From Phoronis australis (Eukaryota; Animalia; Phoronida): a stretch of DNA of 64,000 nt. Below, piece by piece: positions 61,761 to 64,000 of this stretch. The notes under the pieces are model-generated. The model was not told where the DNA came from, searched no databases, and saw nothing but the letters and a program-made list of their open reading frames with translations. The DNA lies in contig NMRA01000193.1 in NCBI GenBank assembly GCA_002633005.1, forward strand, positions 190,641-254,640, read 5' to 3'. Made by a program: the position numbers and the translations under genes. Each line of letters opens with the position of its first letter. Positions within the stretch are counted from its first letter, which is position 1.

Positions 61761-63973
61761 TCACTGAGATGGGTATCTGTTGGGTGTCACATGACCGAAG
61801 TTGTCTTTGATGATGCCTTGAGCAGTCTTTTTATGTCCTGCGAATATAAGACAGGCTATATCAGAAAATCATCTCACAGGGAAATATGGTGCATCCACTC
61901 ATTTAGGGAATATTAGAGCAACAGTATTTCAATTGAAGACAAATCTTCACAAAACAGAGCTCACTTAATTTATAGGCTTTTGAGAACAGTTTATCATATA
62001 GGAAACAAGTGCGGAAAAAACCCACCTTCAATCAGGTGCAGGTAAATCTTCAGGAAATGCACCTGTACAGGAAATGGTTGACCAATATTCTGAGTACTCT
62101 GAAATCAGGACATTATAGCTAAATATAATACGAGATGACACAAGAACATTTACATCCAAGATGATTAGACAAATATTTCGTCTTAGCCTAGATATGCGAT
62201 GACCCATTTTTAAAAAGGTCAGATATAGAAATCCATTGACGAGGCATTGTTTGATTGGTGCTTAAGTGTCCCGAAACTGAATTGAGAAAGAAACAGCACA
62301 GTATAGACTCTATTTACGCGGCAGACATTAAAATCCAAAGCGAGGCTCACTGCGATAAACAAAGCGAAAGTAGACATTGCGTGAGTTAAATAGCCGGTCT
62401 TTCGAGTCCAACCTGGATATTGAATTTTAATAATGTGTCAACAATTAAACCACACAGACGTAGAAAATTACATTAGAGAACAAGTTAAGGCNTTAGAGAT
62501 TGTGAAGCGTGTCCGTATTTTTTCTAGCCGTTCGGGGAACAACACGGACTGAAACACAGACTCCTATGCCGATAAGCTAACAGAGCTATCGTAGCGAGCC
62601 TCGTTTTGGAACGCGCCTCCTGTCGGCGTGAATAGGGTCTATGGATGTGTAGGTGTGGGGGGATAAAAAGATAAAACCCTATAACAAAAGTGCTTTGCAC
62701 TGATACTTTTGTAGGATAACAATCACCTCAGACAGATACCAAATGAGGCAGAAATTAAATATGAATAAATGTGTGCATTACTTGAGAGAGAAGGTCCATT
62801 GCCTTGTGAAACTCTCCTCTGACAGCATGAGCACAGGCTAAGTTGTACTGCAGAATGGCTCTGGCCTGGCTCACATCCCTTGGGTGCCACGGATAGGACT
62901 GTTCTGGCAACTCGCTTAACTCTGAGGCTTCCTTGTCCCCAGTAGACTCCATTCTGCCATCAGGTGGCAGTGTGGACACATCCTTAACAGAGTCCGGAAT
63001 GAGGTTCTGAATGGAGTCAGCGATACGGTCAAGTTTCACTAAGGCTTCAGCCATGTACATGTGACCAAGGTATCTAGAGAGGACGGAATAACAGAGAAAG
63101 AAATTTAATATTCAACTGTTGTCACATTCCTAGGAAAATACTTGCCACAGTTTCACAAAGATCCTGCCGATGCAAACAAAAATCAAAACTGTCAATAGGG
63201 GGTGCCACCCATCTAAAAATCAATGACAATATACATCCACATATAAATACTTGGGCGTATTAATTTTTTGAGCAATTTGGCAGATAGAGCGGTGAACGCC
63301 AGAAAAGGGGCTTCAAAATAACAAAAATAACAACTTGGTACACAAAATATGTTGAATCTTTCTGAAAACATAATAGCATCATCATCTAAATAAAAACCTA
63401 TTTGCCAAATTTCATGAAAATCCATCAAAGAACTCTGAAAAGGCAAACACACATTGCCACTGGGGGACACATTGGCAATATTATCAATCTGCTCAGTCAC
63501 CTGTCAACAGTTTCATAGGAACACACCTGCCAAATGTCATTAAGATCCTGCAATGGGTTTAGGAGATACAACAGCAGATGCCGAACACCCATATCGAGAT
63601 GATGGCACACACATGTATATGAGCACGCATCATGTGGTTTTCATTAACCGGTCAATATGTAAGTGAATTATTTCAACTTGGTAGTTTAAGAAATTGCCAG
63701 ATGGATTTTGAGAATGAGTGATCAGTGCGTCACATCATTATCTGCATAAAATAGCTCTTCAAGTAAAATATAAGAGTGCCATCCATTTATCTGTTATGTG
63801 CATGAGTCTTAAGTCTGATGAATTGTTCTAGGAGCAATTACATTTACCATGCGACTTACCTATGTGCTGCTGATAATTTGGGCTGTTTCATCAATTTCTC
63901 TGCATACTGAAGTGCTGAAAGGTTATCATTGAGACACAGGGCAACGTAGGCACTGTTGACTAGCACCGTACAC
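61761..63973 (-). CDS. CNOT10: CCR4-NOT complex subunit 10, 3' part; exons 63973-63860, 63073-62782, 62098-62026, 61837-61761; the gene continues beyond the window
   Basis: CTVLVNSAYVALCLNDNLSALQYAEKLMKQPKLSAAHR/YLGHMYMAEALVKLDRIADSIQNL...ARAILQYNLACAHAVRGEFHKA/STQNIGQPFPVQVHFLKIYLHLIE/GHKKTAQGIIK...* matches the CNOT10 C-terminal TPR region (SAYVAL, LGH.Y.AEAL..LDRI); phases are consistent. Confidence 0.93.
62303..62642. mobile_element. MITE-like element with ATAGAC.CTATT.ACGC termini in a CNOT10 intron; N at 62492
   Basis: atagactctatttacgcggcag ... ctgtcggcgtgaatagggtctat. Confidence 0.55.
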
Positions 63974-64000
63974 CTGCAACAGATAGGAAGGCCACATAGA

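Overview
Eukaryotic, AT-rich, intron-rich genomic DNA from a marine-invertebrate-like animal; the repeat types suggest a lophotrochozoan, which is inference. Five spliced protein-coding genes can be assembled by hand with consistent GT-AG phases: the 3' part of IFT22/RABL5 (+), an ankyrin + armadillo repeat ANKAR-like gene (+), complete CFAP418/C8orf37 (+), complete eIF6 (-) and the 3' part of CNOT10 (-). The rest holds many non-autonomous DNA elements (MITEs with TTAA, CWG or 5-bp target duplications), two tRNA-derived SINEs with TSDs, three 5'-truncated LINE tails (RTEX-like, CR1/L2-group, L1/Tx1-like) and a Pearl/HINE-like end. Several duplications flank single-N gaps and look like two co-assembled haplotypes; two appear to capture polymorphic insertions. 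The least explained region is about 5.9-12.0 kb: a ~1.15-kb inverted duplication overlapping exon-like minus-strand blocks of an unrecognised, probably decayed gene. I found no convincing novel multi-gene system, and most short ORFs in the supplied track are spurious.
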